A DNA stretch of 34,241 bases from a virus (lineage: Duplodnaviria > Caudoviricetes): positions 1-34,241 of the IMG/VR virus record IMGVR_UViG_3300043772_001132, one strand, 5' to 3'. Shown piece after piece: positions 13,732 through 22,318 of this stretch; position 1 is the stretch's first letter; each line of letters begins with the position of its first letter. The translations under genes were made by a program, and so were the position numbers. The notes under the pieces were generated by a model. That model saw nothing but the letters and a program-made list of their open reading frames with translations, did no database searches and had not been told where the DNA came from.

Positions 13732-15561
13732 TTATTTAGGTAAAAATCCCTTATTAGGCATATCAATCGGTCGTGTGTATACTCTTTTATCGTTCACGGG
13801 TACAATCTCACCTTGTTTACGAGCAATTGATGGTTTAAACTCCTTCATAAAATTTTTAGCTATTGGGGAGTTAACATCTGACTTTCTTAAATAAGTTTCT
13901 CTCACCCATTTATGGTGGCAAGCTCCTCCGCCTTTATACAACCAAATAGAATAATTATCAGCTCCTTTAGGTCCAAATCCTTTGTTTACTGCCTCAGATT
14001 CCATTCTGATTATATCTTCTTTACGGTAAACTTTATTCGCTTTAGTCATCTTTTTACAGAATAATCTTGAGTCATCAGTTGTTTCACCTGTATATCTGTA
14101 TCTATGTTTAAATAGTTTACCATCTTGAATACTGTTTGCGTTTGGTCTTGCTGTACCTGTTTTCACAAAGTTTAAAACTTTTGATAATGTTGTAGGGTTG
14201 TTAAGTTTTTCAAGCTCTGCATCTAATTCATCTTCTAACTCATAATCAACCTCCCTACTATCAACTAACACCCATTCATCTAAATCAATATCCTCACCAT
14301 ATTTCGCAACGTCTAATTCATCCTGTGCACTCATTTGAGTAATGTTACCCCCAGCTTGTTCAGGAACTAAACCAACTAAAGCCCTAACCTCGTTCGGAGT
14401 CATTGACTCAAGTACTTTATTTGCTACTAATGGAGAAAGTGAGTTTATACCATCTATAACTCTTTTAGAATCCCCACCGATTATTTCACCGCTTGAATCT
14501 AAAGGTTGTAATGTTTTGAACGATAACTTTAAAGCAATACCATTAAACGATAATATTTTGGTAATCATTTCAACAATCATTTGTTGCTTTGGCTTAATAA
14601 CCATGTTTTCAAATAGCAACGCTCCTGTTTTCATTTCATCTGCGTTGCTACTAAATCCCGTTGCAACCGATACGCCAAATAACAATGGTGTAGTTACATT
14701 GTGACTACGTAATATCTTAGCAGTAGATTCATCTGACAAATAAGAATAATGGTCTGCAGCGTCTTGCAATGGTATTGTATCAACAGTTGTCTTTGTATTT
14801 TCGTTTTCGTTAAATGATATTACAACTTTTTTACCTTTTGACCCGGTTAACTTACTAATTACTTGAGCTGAAATTTCATCTTTCATCTCGTCCGTTGGAG
14901 TACCATTGTTAAAGTTTACGATACTCGTGGGCGCAAAAGAGTTACTAACCTCATTAATAAGGTATTCAGCTATTTTCTCTTCCAATAATGCGTAATCAAT
15001 ACCTCCTTGATAGTCTACATTTGAAAAGTATTTCATTCCCGCACTATAAGGCGCTAAGTATAAAATCTCTACTTCTTTTTTAGACGTTCCAAACGCATCA
15101 AATCTTTTAGGCACGTACTTCTTTGGGTCTGTCCAATTGTCAGAATAGAAATATCCTACAATGTCCCCATCCTTGTTACATTTCTCAGGTCTTAATAATT
15201 GTATAGGTGTGTGAAAAACCCTTGTAATAGCTTTATGTCCTTTATCGTAATGAATCTGTAAGGCACACTGCCCTAATGCGTACAAATCAAAGATAATACG
15301 TCTTAAATCGTCTTCCTTTAATATAGATAATAGTTGCGCCCATTCATTTGGTTTCATAGCGCTATCCGTAGCCGTTAAGCCTTGACCGTAAATTAGCCTG
15401 CAAATGTTATTTATAACAGCATTGTTTGTCGCTGAATTGCTATATCGGTCTATTAAAAATTGATAGTAGTTGTTGTCTTCACCATATTCAACCCACTCGT
15501 TTTTGTTATTCTCAACAATTACGGGAGCAGTATAGGATGATAGTTGTATAATATTATTCAT
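13732..15561 (-). CDS. Portal protein with C-terminal extension
   Basis: YGEDNNY, SATNNAVIN, IYGQG, ILRSHNVTTPLLFG, IKPKQ, MTPNEVRALVGL. Confidence 0.82.
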   Translation of the reverse strand: MNNIIQLSSYTAPVIVENNKNEWVEYGEDNNYYQFLIDRYSNSATNNAVINNICRLIYGQGLTATDSAMKPNEWAQLLSILKEDDLRRIIFDLYALGQCALQIHYDKGHKAITRVFHTPIQLLRPEKCNKDGDIVGYFYSDNWTDPKKYVPKRFDAFGTSKKEVEILYLAPYSAGMKYFSNVDYQGGIDYALLEEKIAEYLINEVSNSFAPTSIVNFNNGTPTDEMKDEISAQVISKLTGSKGKKVVISFNENENTKTTVDTIPLQDAADHYSYLSDESTAKILRSHNVTTPLLFGVSVATGFSSNADEMKTGALLFENMVIKPKQQMIVEMITKILSFNGIALKLSFKTLQPLDSSGEIIGGDSKRVIDGINSLSPLVANKVLESMTPNEVRALVGLVPEQAGGNITQMSAQDELDVAKYGEDIDLDEWVLVDSREVDYELEDELDAELEKLNNPTTLSKVLNFVKTGTARPNANSIQDGKLFKHRYRYTGETTDDSRLFCKKMTKANKVYRKEDIIRMESEAVNKGFGPKGADNYSIWLYKGGGACHHKWVRETYLRKSDVNSPIAKNFMKEFKPSIARKQGEIVPVNDKRVYTRPIDMPNKGFLPK

Positions 15562-15871
15562 AAATTATAAATTCGTTTGTTGTTACCGTTTGTGTAAAGT
15601 TTGAGCTTGGATTATCAGTGCAGAATACACGTCCGTAAAATCTAATGTCGTTGGTTTTTCCAATCTTGCAAATATACGTATGTCCTTCTATTAACGCAAA
15701 TGTAGCAGTCGCTGTATGGTAATAATCACCTGTTGCGTATGCGCTTATATTAATCGTTGTAGTGACGTTTGTTTGTTCGTCTGTTAGAAATATCTTATCC
15801 GAGTTTCCCGTGCCTTCACGTGGGATAAAATAAACCGTTTGTGGACTTGTAGAAGTAGTTAGTACTATCAT
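15554..15871 (-). CDS. Hypothetical structural protein
   Basis: ORF track; first gene after a late-promoter motif. Confidence 0.7.
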   Translation of the reverse strand: MIVLTTSTSPQTVYFIPREGTGNSDKIFLTDEQTNVTTTINISAYATGDYYHTATATFALIEGHTYICKIGKTNDIRFYGRVFCTDNPSSNFTQTVTTNEFIIYE

Positions 15872-15879
15872 ATAATAGT

Positions 15880-15905
15880 ATAACTAAAAAATAGTGTTTT
15901 TGTTG
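15880..15905 (-). promoter_or_regulatory. Putative late promoter CAACA-N16-GTTAT (portal operon)
   Basis: Same boxes and 16-nt spacer as three other sites. Confidence 0.75.
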
Positions 15906-15906
15906 C

Positions 15907-15935
15907 AAAAAAAAGAGGGGTGTTTTAAGCCCCTC
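15907..15935 (-). terminator. Rho-independent terminator after the tail-tube-like genes
   Basis: GAGGGG-loop-CCCCTC followed by T8. Confidence 0.85.
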
Positions 15936-15941
15936 CGTAAA

Positions 15942-16547
15942 TTAACTTGTTACAATCGTGGATAAAGTTTTCGGAAAGTCATCGTTAATTAGATTATTGT
16001 AAAAAGCATTAGTTCCTAAAGGCACAAATTGCGATGGTAAAAGCTCCTCCGCTTGGAATGTCAAGGAATACCCGCTAAAATCACCGACCGATGCTCCATT
16101 ATTAATATTTCCACTCGTTACGTCACAACCTCTCAAAAGTCCAACTAAGAAAAATTGTCTTTCGTTGTTTTCAACTAAAATACGTGGCTTTGCGTATGCT
16201 AAAGTTTTTACAGCGTTGTGCGTAGCAATGTCCTGTTTTTTTAGTTTTATAGTCAATGTTTGTCTAAAGAATGTAGTCCCGTTTTCACGTGAAGTAACTA
16301 TTTCTTGGTCGTAAACATTTTCGTTAGATTTCAATTCAAATTTATATAAATAAGGGATAGCGTTAAAATAATCAATAGACTCATTAAAATCAGTATCAAG
16401 AATATAGTCCCACTGACTAACCATTGGTGTATTCTCTTTATAGATATAATTAGACGTTATATCCTCATTGATAAAGTAAACGTTTTTAAGCCCTGCAAGT
16501 GAATCCTTACAAGGCTCTGAACGACCTGCTGTTATAGCGCAAGGCAT
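15942..16547 (-). CDS. Major tail/tube-like protein, paralog 2 (start MPCAITAGR)
   Basis: Clearly homologous to 16550-17092; start set by alignment with the paralog. Confidence 0.72.
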   Translation of the reverse strand: MPCAITAGRSEPCKDSLAGLKNVYFINEDITSNYIYKENTPMVSQWDYILDTDFNESIDYFNAIPYLYKFELKSNENVYDQEIVTSRENGTTFFRQTLTIKLKKQDIATHNAVKTLAYAKPRILVENNERQFFLVGLLRGCDVTSGNINNGASVGDFSGYSLTFQAEELLPSQFVPLGTNAFYNNLINDDFPKTLSTIVTS

Positions 16548-16549
16548 GG

Positions 16550-17092
16550 TTAAGCAGTTACAATTGTAGCACCCGTGAAACAATCAGAAACGATAGTCGC
16601 TGAACTTGTAATATCCGTGAATGGTGCCGGTAAAGCCTCTTCAGCGGTAAATGTCAAGCTGTACCCGTTAAAATCTCCTAAAGCTCCACCATTATTAATA
16701 GAACCAGCTGTTAAATCAGCCCCTCTGTACAATCCCATCAAAAAGAATTGACCGTTGTTACTTTCAATTAGGACATGAGGTCGACTATAAGCCAATAATT
16801 TGACCTCTTTGTGCGTCGTTGCGTCTTGTTTTTTCAACTTAATTGTTAACGTTTGACGAAAGAAAGTTGTCCCTGCTTCACGTGATGAAACTATTTCTTG
16901 GTCAAATACGTTTTCGTTTGACTTTAACTCATATTTAAATAAGTTGTCAACGTTTGTTACTGCTGTTATTAAATCATTCGAAAAAGTCACATCAGATGGA
17001 ACTATCTGAAAATTAATAAAGTATACGGCTTTCAGTCCTCCGATTGCCTCTTTGCACGCCTCCGCGCGTCCTATGGTTAAATTACAAGCCAC
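16550..17092 (-). CDS. Major tail/tube-like protein, paralog 1 (GTG start)
   Basis: MAC.L..GR...C...GG.K, GTTFFRQTL, GDFNGYSLTFTAEE; follows the capsid gene. Confidence 0.72.
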   Translation of the reverse strand: MACNLTIGRAEACKEAIGGLKAVYFINFQIVPSDVTFSNDLITAVTNVDNLFKYELKSNENVFDQEIVSSREAGTTFFRQTLTIKLKKQDATTHKEVKLLAYSRPHVLIESNNGQFFLMGLYRGADLTAGSINNGGALGDFNGYSLTFTAEEALPAPFTDITSSATIVSDCFTGATIVTA

Positions 17093-17113
17093 CTGTTTAA
17101 TGTTTTAAAGTTT

Positions 17114-17147
17114 AAAAAAAAAGGGGAGGGACTTTAAGCTCCTCCCC
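17114..17147 (-). terminator. Rho-independent terminator after the major capsid gene
   Basis: GGGGAGG-loop-CCTCCCC followed by T9. Confidence 0.85.
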
Positions 17148-17169
17148 GCGTTATCTTTTAGCTAATTAA

Positions 17170-18129
17170 TTAGTTAGCTGAATTCGGGATGTTGTAAGTC
17201 ACGATATCAGATACAGAATGGTAATTTACAGCCATACCAGCTCTCAATACAAAACGTACATTTTGTGAACCGTCAATCGGTGCCATGTCCAAAAGCGCAA
17301 TTTCATTTGTGTCATTTAATAAACCGCAGCCGAAGAACAAGTTTGAAGTTTCAGCAGCGATAGCAGTGTTAGCAGCCAATCCGTTAGCAACGAAAATTGG
17401 AATACCATCGAAAGTTAAAGCACCTCCATTGTACCATTGTGTTCCCTTAGCATCTGTACCAGAGTTAGAAGTAGCAGCTACTGAGAAACCACCTAACGCT
17501 CTAATGTAAGCCTTCATAACACCTTGAGGCACGTAGATTTTCAAGTCAGGTGAACCGTATAACGCAGCAGGAATAGCGTCAACAATTTTACCTAATTCAG
17601 CAATTACCGTAGATGCAGCAGAAATAGCAGAAGAACCTGCAACCTCGTTCGCAGTTGGTAAAGCAGCGTCAGCAGCTAACAAAGTAGAAATACCATCAAT
17701 TTGACCCGCTGTTGCGTTTGTACCTCTCCAAATAGAAACCTCAACAGATGAAGCAACTTTATCAGTGATGTAAGCCAACAAGTAATCAACAAATGATTTT
17801 GCTAAAACTTTGTTTGCACTGAATCCCATTTCTTCAGCTTGCCACGTTGGTAAAAAGTCTTTTTTACACAATTGTAAGTTAACTTGAAACTGCTCTAATG
17901 TCAAGTTTCTTTCAGAAAGTGTTACAGTAGATGTAGCATCAAAATCACACGTAGCATTCTTTAAAAGATCGTCCGTTCCGATTTTAAACATTGTTGTTTT
18001 GTAAGCAATGTTAGGAATGATTGTCATACCTCCATTTGCTAATGTGTTACCGCTTAATAAAGCAGCCTTTACCCATAGTTTGGAATCTTGCCCAGCATAT
18101 GATGTAGTGATGTTTGCAGTTGTAGCCAT
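17170..18129 (-). CDS. Major capsid protein
   Basis: 319 aa, follows the scaffold, followed by a terminator; ITTSYAG, CDF..T..ERNL, IWRG, FDGIPIFVANG, DGSQNVRFVLR. Confidence 0.85.
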   Translation of the reverse strand: MATTANITTSYAGQDSKLWVKAALLSGNTLANGGMTIIPNIAYKTTMFKIGTDDLLKNATCDFDATSTVTLSERNLTLEQFQVNLQLCKKDFLPTWQAEEMGFSANKVLAKSFVDYLLAYITDKVASSVEVSIWRGTNATAGQIDGISTLLAADAALPTANEVAGSSAISAASTVIAELGKIVDAIPAALYGSPDLKIYVPQGVMKAYIRALGGFSVAATSNSGTDAKGTQWYNGGALTFDGIPIFVANGLAANTAIAAETSNLFFGCGLLNDTNEIALLDMAPIDGSQNVRFVLRAGMAVNYHSVSDIVTYNIPNSAN

Positions 18130-18140
18130 TTTTTATTTGT

Positions 18141-18722
18141 TTATTTGTTGTTATATACTTCTTCTAAAATCTTATCTCTTGTTGATTTACCTGTGTTTGT
18201 CGCTAAATCCATATGCTCAATTGGTTTTATGTTTTCAGGGTTGAACTGAATTGGTTTAGGCTCTTCAGCTTTGAACTCAACGATGTCCGTTGGTTGCTCT
18301 TCCTCTTTTACTTCCAATGCTGCTAACTTAGTTTCAAGCTCTTCAATCTTTGCTTTCATTTCTGCAAAGTGTTGCTCAGTGATTGAAACAACTTTTTTAG
18401 GTTGCTTTACTTCAACTTCAGGAGTGATATCAGCCTCAACAGGCATCTCTTCCTCCTCAGTTTCTTTTGGCATCTCTTCAATCGCTGCAATCATTCCTTT
18501 TTCTTCAACGATAAGCAAACGACCATCTTCAAGCTCGTATTTACCAATCTCCAAAGGTACTGCTTCGCTTTCCGGTACTAAAATCATAACACTTGCTCCA
18601 GGTTCAAAAGAATCTGCTTCGATTACCGTGTTACCATCGACTAACTTCATTTGCTCTAACTTAACTTCCATTCCTAAAAATGTCTTGATAGTCTTCAACG
18701 CATCTTTTATTTCTTTATTCAT
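18141..18722 (-). CDS. Capsid scaffolding protein
   Basis: Acidic; GKYELEDGRLLIVEEKG and a coiled coil; immediately precedes the capsid gene. Confidence 0.7.
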   Translation of the reverse strand: MNKEIKDALKTIKTFLGMEVKLEQMKLVDGNTVIEADSFEPGASVMILVPESEAVPLEIGKYELEDGRLLIVEEKGMIAAIEEMPKETEEEEMPVEADITPEVEVKQPKKVVSITEQHFAEMKAKIEELETKLAALEVKEEEQPTDIVEFKAEEPKPIQFNPENIKPIEHMDLATNTGKSTRDKILEEVYNNK

Positions 18723-18737
18723 AAACGTTTTTCTTTA

Positions 18738-18763
18738 ATAACTTATTTAACCTCTTTCTGTTG
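18738..18763 (-). promoter_or_regulatory. Putative late promoter CAACA-N16-GTTAT (scaffold/capsid)
   Basis: Exact motif and spacer. Confidence 0.75.
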
Positions 18764-18908
18764 TAATTTGTCTCACTTCATTTGTTTGTGTAACTATTGA
18801 AATAGATTGTTGTTCAATACTTCCAACCCCTTGAGAGTTACCGTCACAACATTCTTTACTGTACGTGCCATCTTTACATTGGCAACCTTTTTTACCTCCT
18901 TTTCTCAT
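18747..18908 (-). CDS. Small Cys-rich protein, 53 aa (MRKGGKKGCQCKDGTYSKECCDG...)
   Basis: Translated by hand; ATGA overlap with the upstream gene. Confidence 0.7.
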   Translation of the reverse strand: MRKGGKKGCQCKDGTYSKECCDGNSQGVGSIEQQSISIVTQTNEVRQITTERG

Positions 18909-19519
18909 AACATTAATATATTACCTATTTCGTTTGTAAACTCTTTAAACTCCTTAAAATCAATCTCTGTACACTTGTTTTCTTTTACAAAGTCTAAACC
19001 GATATAAGCCACAAAATTTCCTTTCTTAAAATACGGTGCTATACATATCGATTGAATTCCTTGTCTTAATAAAGATGCTTTTGTAGTCTGCTCTTTAATG
19101 CTATTCACGTCGCAATAGTTCATTCTTTCTAACATTATTTGTTGTAAGAACAAAGGGTATAAGCTAACAGGAATGTTTTGTAAATTGTGCGCTTCAGAAC
19201 TAATACCATTGTTGCAAACTTCAAATGTCATTGATTGATGGTTACGGTGTGTCCCATCGTAGTATTTTATTGTATTGTGAAACTGAAATATATAAGCCCT
19301 GTCAGCATTATATTTTAGCATCAATTCGTTAAGCATTTGCTGAATCAAAACATTGTTGTTAATGTCTTTTTTCACCTCGTCAACAGTTTCAATTTTCTTT
19401 GTCACTACTTGAGTGACCAATGACTTGTAATAAAAAAGAATGAAGGCAAGTAGGATTATAATTAGCACTGTTGTTTTGGTCTTCCTGATTTGCTCTAAAA
19501 TGTACTTGACTTCATTCAT
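18905..19519 (-). CDS. Membrane-anchored GAF-like domain protein (possible T4 T-type holin)
   Basis: N-terminal TM helix, then L..LMLKYNADRAYIFQFHN...GIQSICIAPY...VAYIGLDF. Confidence 0.65.
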   Translation of the reverse strand: MNEVKYILEQIRKTKTTVLIIILLAFILFYYKSLVTQVVTKKIETVDEVKKDINNNVLIQQMLNELMLKYNADRAYIFQFHNTIKYYDGTHRNHQSMTFEVCNNGISSEAHNLQNIPVSLYPLFLQQIMLERMNYCDVNSIKEQTTKASLLRQGIQSICIAPYFKKGNFVAYIGLDFVKENKCTEIDFKEFKEFTNEIGNILML

Positions 19520-19525
19520 AATTAT

Positions 19526-19551
19526 ATAACCTTGATTTAGGAGTGTTGTTG
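19526..19551 (-). promoter_or_regulatory. Putative late promoter CAACA-N16-GTTAT (GAF membrane protein)
   Basis: Exact motif and spacer. Confidence 0.75.
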
Positions 19552-19555
19552 TAAA

Positions 19556-19705
19556 TTAGATGTAATCATTAATGATAGTTTCTTGTGCTGTTATTTCTGC
19601 TGTTACATCAGCATTCAAAACTTCATTGCCTACTTTGATTATATTTAAATAGCTACTTTCCACATAAGTGTAATCTCCCCTTACTTCTTGATATACATCT
19701 ATCAT
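19556..19705 (-). CDS. Hypothetical protein, 49 aa (MIDVYQEVRGDY...)
   Basis: Translated by hand; ATGA overlap with the upstream gene. Confidence 0.6.
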   Translation of the reverse strand: MIDVYQEVRGDYTYVESSYLNIIKVGNEVLNADVTAEITAQETIINDYI

Positions 19706-20733
19706 GATAAACAATTTAAAGTTAATTGACTAATATCAAAGCTACAAGCGTTTGAAGACGCTCCCGAAGTCCTACACGCCTGCATAGTTATTGGCGTTGT
19801 ATCACTTGGTAAATTAGTTGTGATTGTACCCTCAACTGTCACGTTATTTTCTAAAGAAGTAACTTTGTAATATACATTCATAGAATCAAAAGGATTGTAC
19901 ATTTCAAATACAAAGAAATCAGTAGCAGCTGCACCACTTGTTCTATTTGCAGGAAAGTTTGAGCCTAAATCTATTTTTGTAGCAGTACCTGTTGCATCGT
20001 TATGGAATACTTGCAAATTAGTATCTGCAGCGTCCGAACCAATACCAATAATATTTAACAAACTTTCAACTGTAACAGTAGAAGACAAACCTAAAGAGGC
20101 TGTTGTTGCTGTCATACCATAAAATTGACGCGCGCCTGTATTAAATGCTGTATCACTTACACCAAAAGCAACACAAAATTTCCATCCTGTACCAATAATG
20201 TTAAATGCACTTGTTGACCTATAACCACATATACCATTTAATGCTGGCGTTGAAACACCTATTTTTAAACGTGTTTTTTTAGTTTGTATAGATGTTGTTG
20301 ATACCGCCACCGCTGTTGCTGTACCTTGTAGTGTTCCTGTTGCAATATTTTCAGCTAATACGGTTGTTGAGTTGTGTTGCGCTCTGTAACCCCTTGCAAT
20401 TTCTGAACTTCCAACAACCCAATAGTTTTCAGCTAATAATTTAGCATCAATTTGATTTTCTACTGCCTGAGTAGTTGGGTATTTAGTATTATTAATTACA
20501 CTAAAATTTGTCGCTTTATTTGCTAAAACTTCAAAGTCTGCTACATCATAAATAATTTCTTCAATCCCACTTGCTGTACGTGTGTATATCTTACCGTTAA
20601 CAGTGTTCATATAGAATTCACCCATGTAAATGTCCGTAGCTAACCACGTGCCATCCCTATGGTCTGAGCTACTTGGTACGGTTGCAATACCACTACCTTT
20701 TTTAATTATTATTCTCTTTGTTATATCACTCAT
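19702..20733 (-). CDS. Putative fibre/receptor-binding virion protein
   Basis: RIIIKKG..P...GEFYMNTVNGKIY fibre-type N-terminus; Thr/Ser/Gly-rich beta domain. Confidence 0.65.
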   Translation of the reverse strand: MSDITKRIIIKKGSGIATVPSSSDHRDGTWLATDIYMGEFYMNTVNGKIYTRTASGIEEIIYDVADFEVLANKATNFSVINNTKYPTTQAVENQIDAKLLAENYWVVGSSEIARGYRAQHNSTTVLAENIATGTLQGTATAVAVSTTSIQTKKTRLKIGVSTPALNGICGYRSTSAFNIIGTGWKFCVAFGVSDTAFNTGARQFYGMTATTASLGLSSTVTVESLLNIIGIGSDAADTNLQVFHNDATGTATKIDLGSNFPANRTSGAAATDFFVFEMYNPFDSMNVYYKVTSLENNVTVEGTITTNLPSDTTPITMQACRTSGASSNACSFDISQLTLNCLS

Positions 20734-20987
20734 AAATTGTATATGTCTGAATTAATACTCGTGCCAACACCGCCTATAACCTTGTAAACGTCTTCGTCTG
20801 TTCCCGTGCCACCAAATAGAATCCCGTTATCTTCATCACCTAAATAGTTTTTGAATTGTAGCATTGCTATTCTATTCGGTATTTCGCTGTCAATAGGTTG
20901 TAAAAATAAAGAGTCACTATCTGTTACGGTAGTGACTGCTTTAAATCTTATGAATGAAGGAGTTATTTTGTTATTAAACTCAGTCAT
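20730..20987 (-). CDS. Hypothetical structural protein
   Basis: ORF track; tight packing. Confidence 0.6.
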   Translation of the reverse strand: MTEFNNKITPSFIRFKAVTTVTDSDSLFLQPIDSEIPNRIAMLQFKNYLGDEDNGILFGGTGTDEDVYKVIGGVGTSINSDIYNL

Positions 20988-20988
20988 G

Positions 20989-21717
20989 TTATGCTGTTAA
21001 ATTACCCGAAACATAAGCCTCACTCGCACTAATAAAGATTAATGTAGCTGTTGCATATTGGTTAGTTAGCTTCAATTTACCTCCCGAACTTCTTAACGTT
21101 ACACCAGCACCCGCTGCAATTGTCGTTTGACCTGCTCCATATTGTGTGATTAATATTTGTTGACCTGCTGAGAATACACTATTTGGCACAGTCAAAGTGT
21201 TAGCAGTAGCTTTGTTCATTTCAACAACCTGACCGTTGTCAGTAGCGACTAAAGTGTAGTCATTTGTTTTACGTGACAAACTTAAATCTTGTAAGCTCTT
21301 TTGTAATCCGTAAGCATCCAAACCCGTACCCGTCCAACGAATTGTCTTCCCCGTTGATAACTCCTCAAATAATTGTCCTAGAGGTGGAGTTGTACCTACG
21401 TAAGAAGTACCATTATATTCATATAAAACAACAGTTTCAATTACTCCTTCTGATACTGAATAAAATAAATATCTGTCTCCTTCTATAGATGTTGGAAATG
21501 GTTGCGTTGCTGTAACTGCAATAATTGGAATGCTTGGGTCTGTACCTAATCCTAACTCTTTAACCACACCCTCAGAATGGTATTTTAACTTGCCATCAAT
21601 GTAATGGATAGTTCCGTTTTCTTTTACTATTCCGCTTTCAGATGTGATAACATCAGGTTGCACCCTCCATGTAGAGTTGCTAATAGTTTGTGTATTGTCA
21701 ATTTGTGTAACTGGCAT
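20989..21717 (-). CDS. Putative fibre/decoration virion protein
   Basis: YTLVATD.G....N....TLTVP...GQQILITQYGAGQTTIAAGAGVTL C-terminal module. Confidence 0.65.
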   Translation of the reverse strand: MPVTQIDNTQTISNSTWRVQPDVITSESGIVKENGTIHYIDGKLKYHSEGVVKELGLGTDPSIPIIAVTATQPFPTSIEGDRYLFYSVSEGVIETVVLYEYNGTSYVGTTPPLGQLFEELSTGKTIRWTGTGLDAYGLQKSLQDLSLSRKTNDYTLVATDNGQVVEMNKATANTLTVPNSVFSAGQQILITQYGAGQTTIAAGAGVTLRSSGGKLKLTNQYATATLIFISASEAYVSGNLTA

Positions 21718-21719
21718 AA

Positions 21720-22286
21720 TTATATTGATTTTAAAAGTTCCTTAATTTCGTTTATTATATCCTCGTGGCTTTCAGCTTCCAATTGGTCTAACCCATCAAA
21801 TTTCCCTTCGATACTAAACCCTTTGAATTTACCGTCTTTAATTTGTTGCCACACTTCTTCATTGTAAACTTTCATCTTAACAACCCAACTACCTTTAACA
21901 GCATTCAAATTGTAAAGGTTAGATTTATCATATTTCTCATCTTCAACAATCCAACTTTCGATTAAGCTAACACCATCAACATTATGATCATGGTCAACCG
22001 TTACGTTATTGTTATAATTCTTTTTAAGATAAAGTTCTTGAACCTTAGCGATTGTTTCTTCACTAAACGATATCGTAAACTCCTTATCTTTGATACGTCT
22101 TAATATCTGTTTGTTAGGCACTAAAGCAAGTCCCACAACCTCACGTTTTTCATCGTTGGTAACTTGTAACTCAACACTAATTTCACTTAAGAAAATAAAC
22201 GTTTCTTCTATGGCAGGGCGGTCTACAAGTGAAATTGCGAAAACCCCTTGTTCATCGTCTTTAATTGTTAGCTCTATATTCTGCAT
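21720..22286 (-). CDS. XkdF-like prohead serine protease
   Basis: AISLVDRPAIE, VGLALVPNKQILR, ESWIVED, GSW, IKDGKFKGFSIEG. Confidence 0.85.
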   Translation of the reverse strand: MQNIELTIKDDEQGVFAISLVDRPAIEETFIFLSEISVELQVTNDEKREVVGLALVPNKQILRRIKDKEFTISFSEETIAKVQELYLKKNYNNNVTVDHDHNVDGVSLIESWIVEDEKYDKSNLYNLNAVKGSWVVKMKVYNEEVWQQIKDGKFKGFSIEGKFDGLDQLEAESHEDIINEIKELLKSI

Positions 22287-22292
22287 ATCTTT

Positions 22293-22318
22293 ATAACTTA
22301 GAATTGATTAAAATGTTG
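22293..22318 (-). promoter_or_regulatory. Putative late promoter CAACA-N16-GTTAT (protease/fibre operon)
   Basis: Exact motif and spacer. Confidence 0.75.

Noticed and set aside
16548-16583. Upstream start of ORF 15942-16583, or readthrough fusion of the two tube paralogs
   Set aside because: Paralog alignment places the start at MPCAITAGR (16547), 2 nt after a TAA stop; no slippery site seen.
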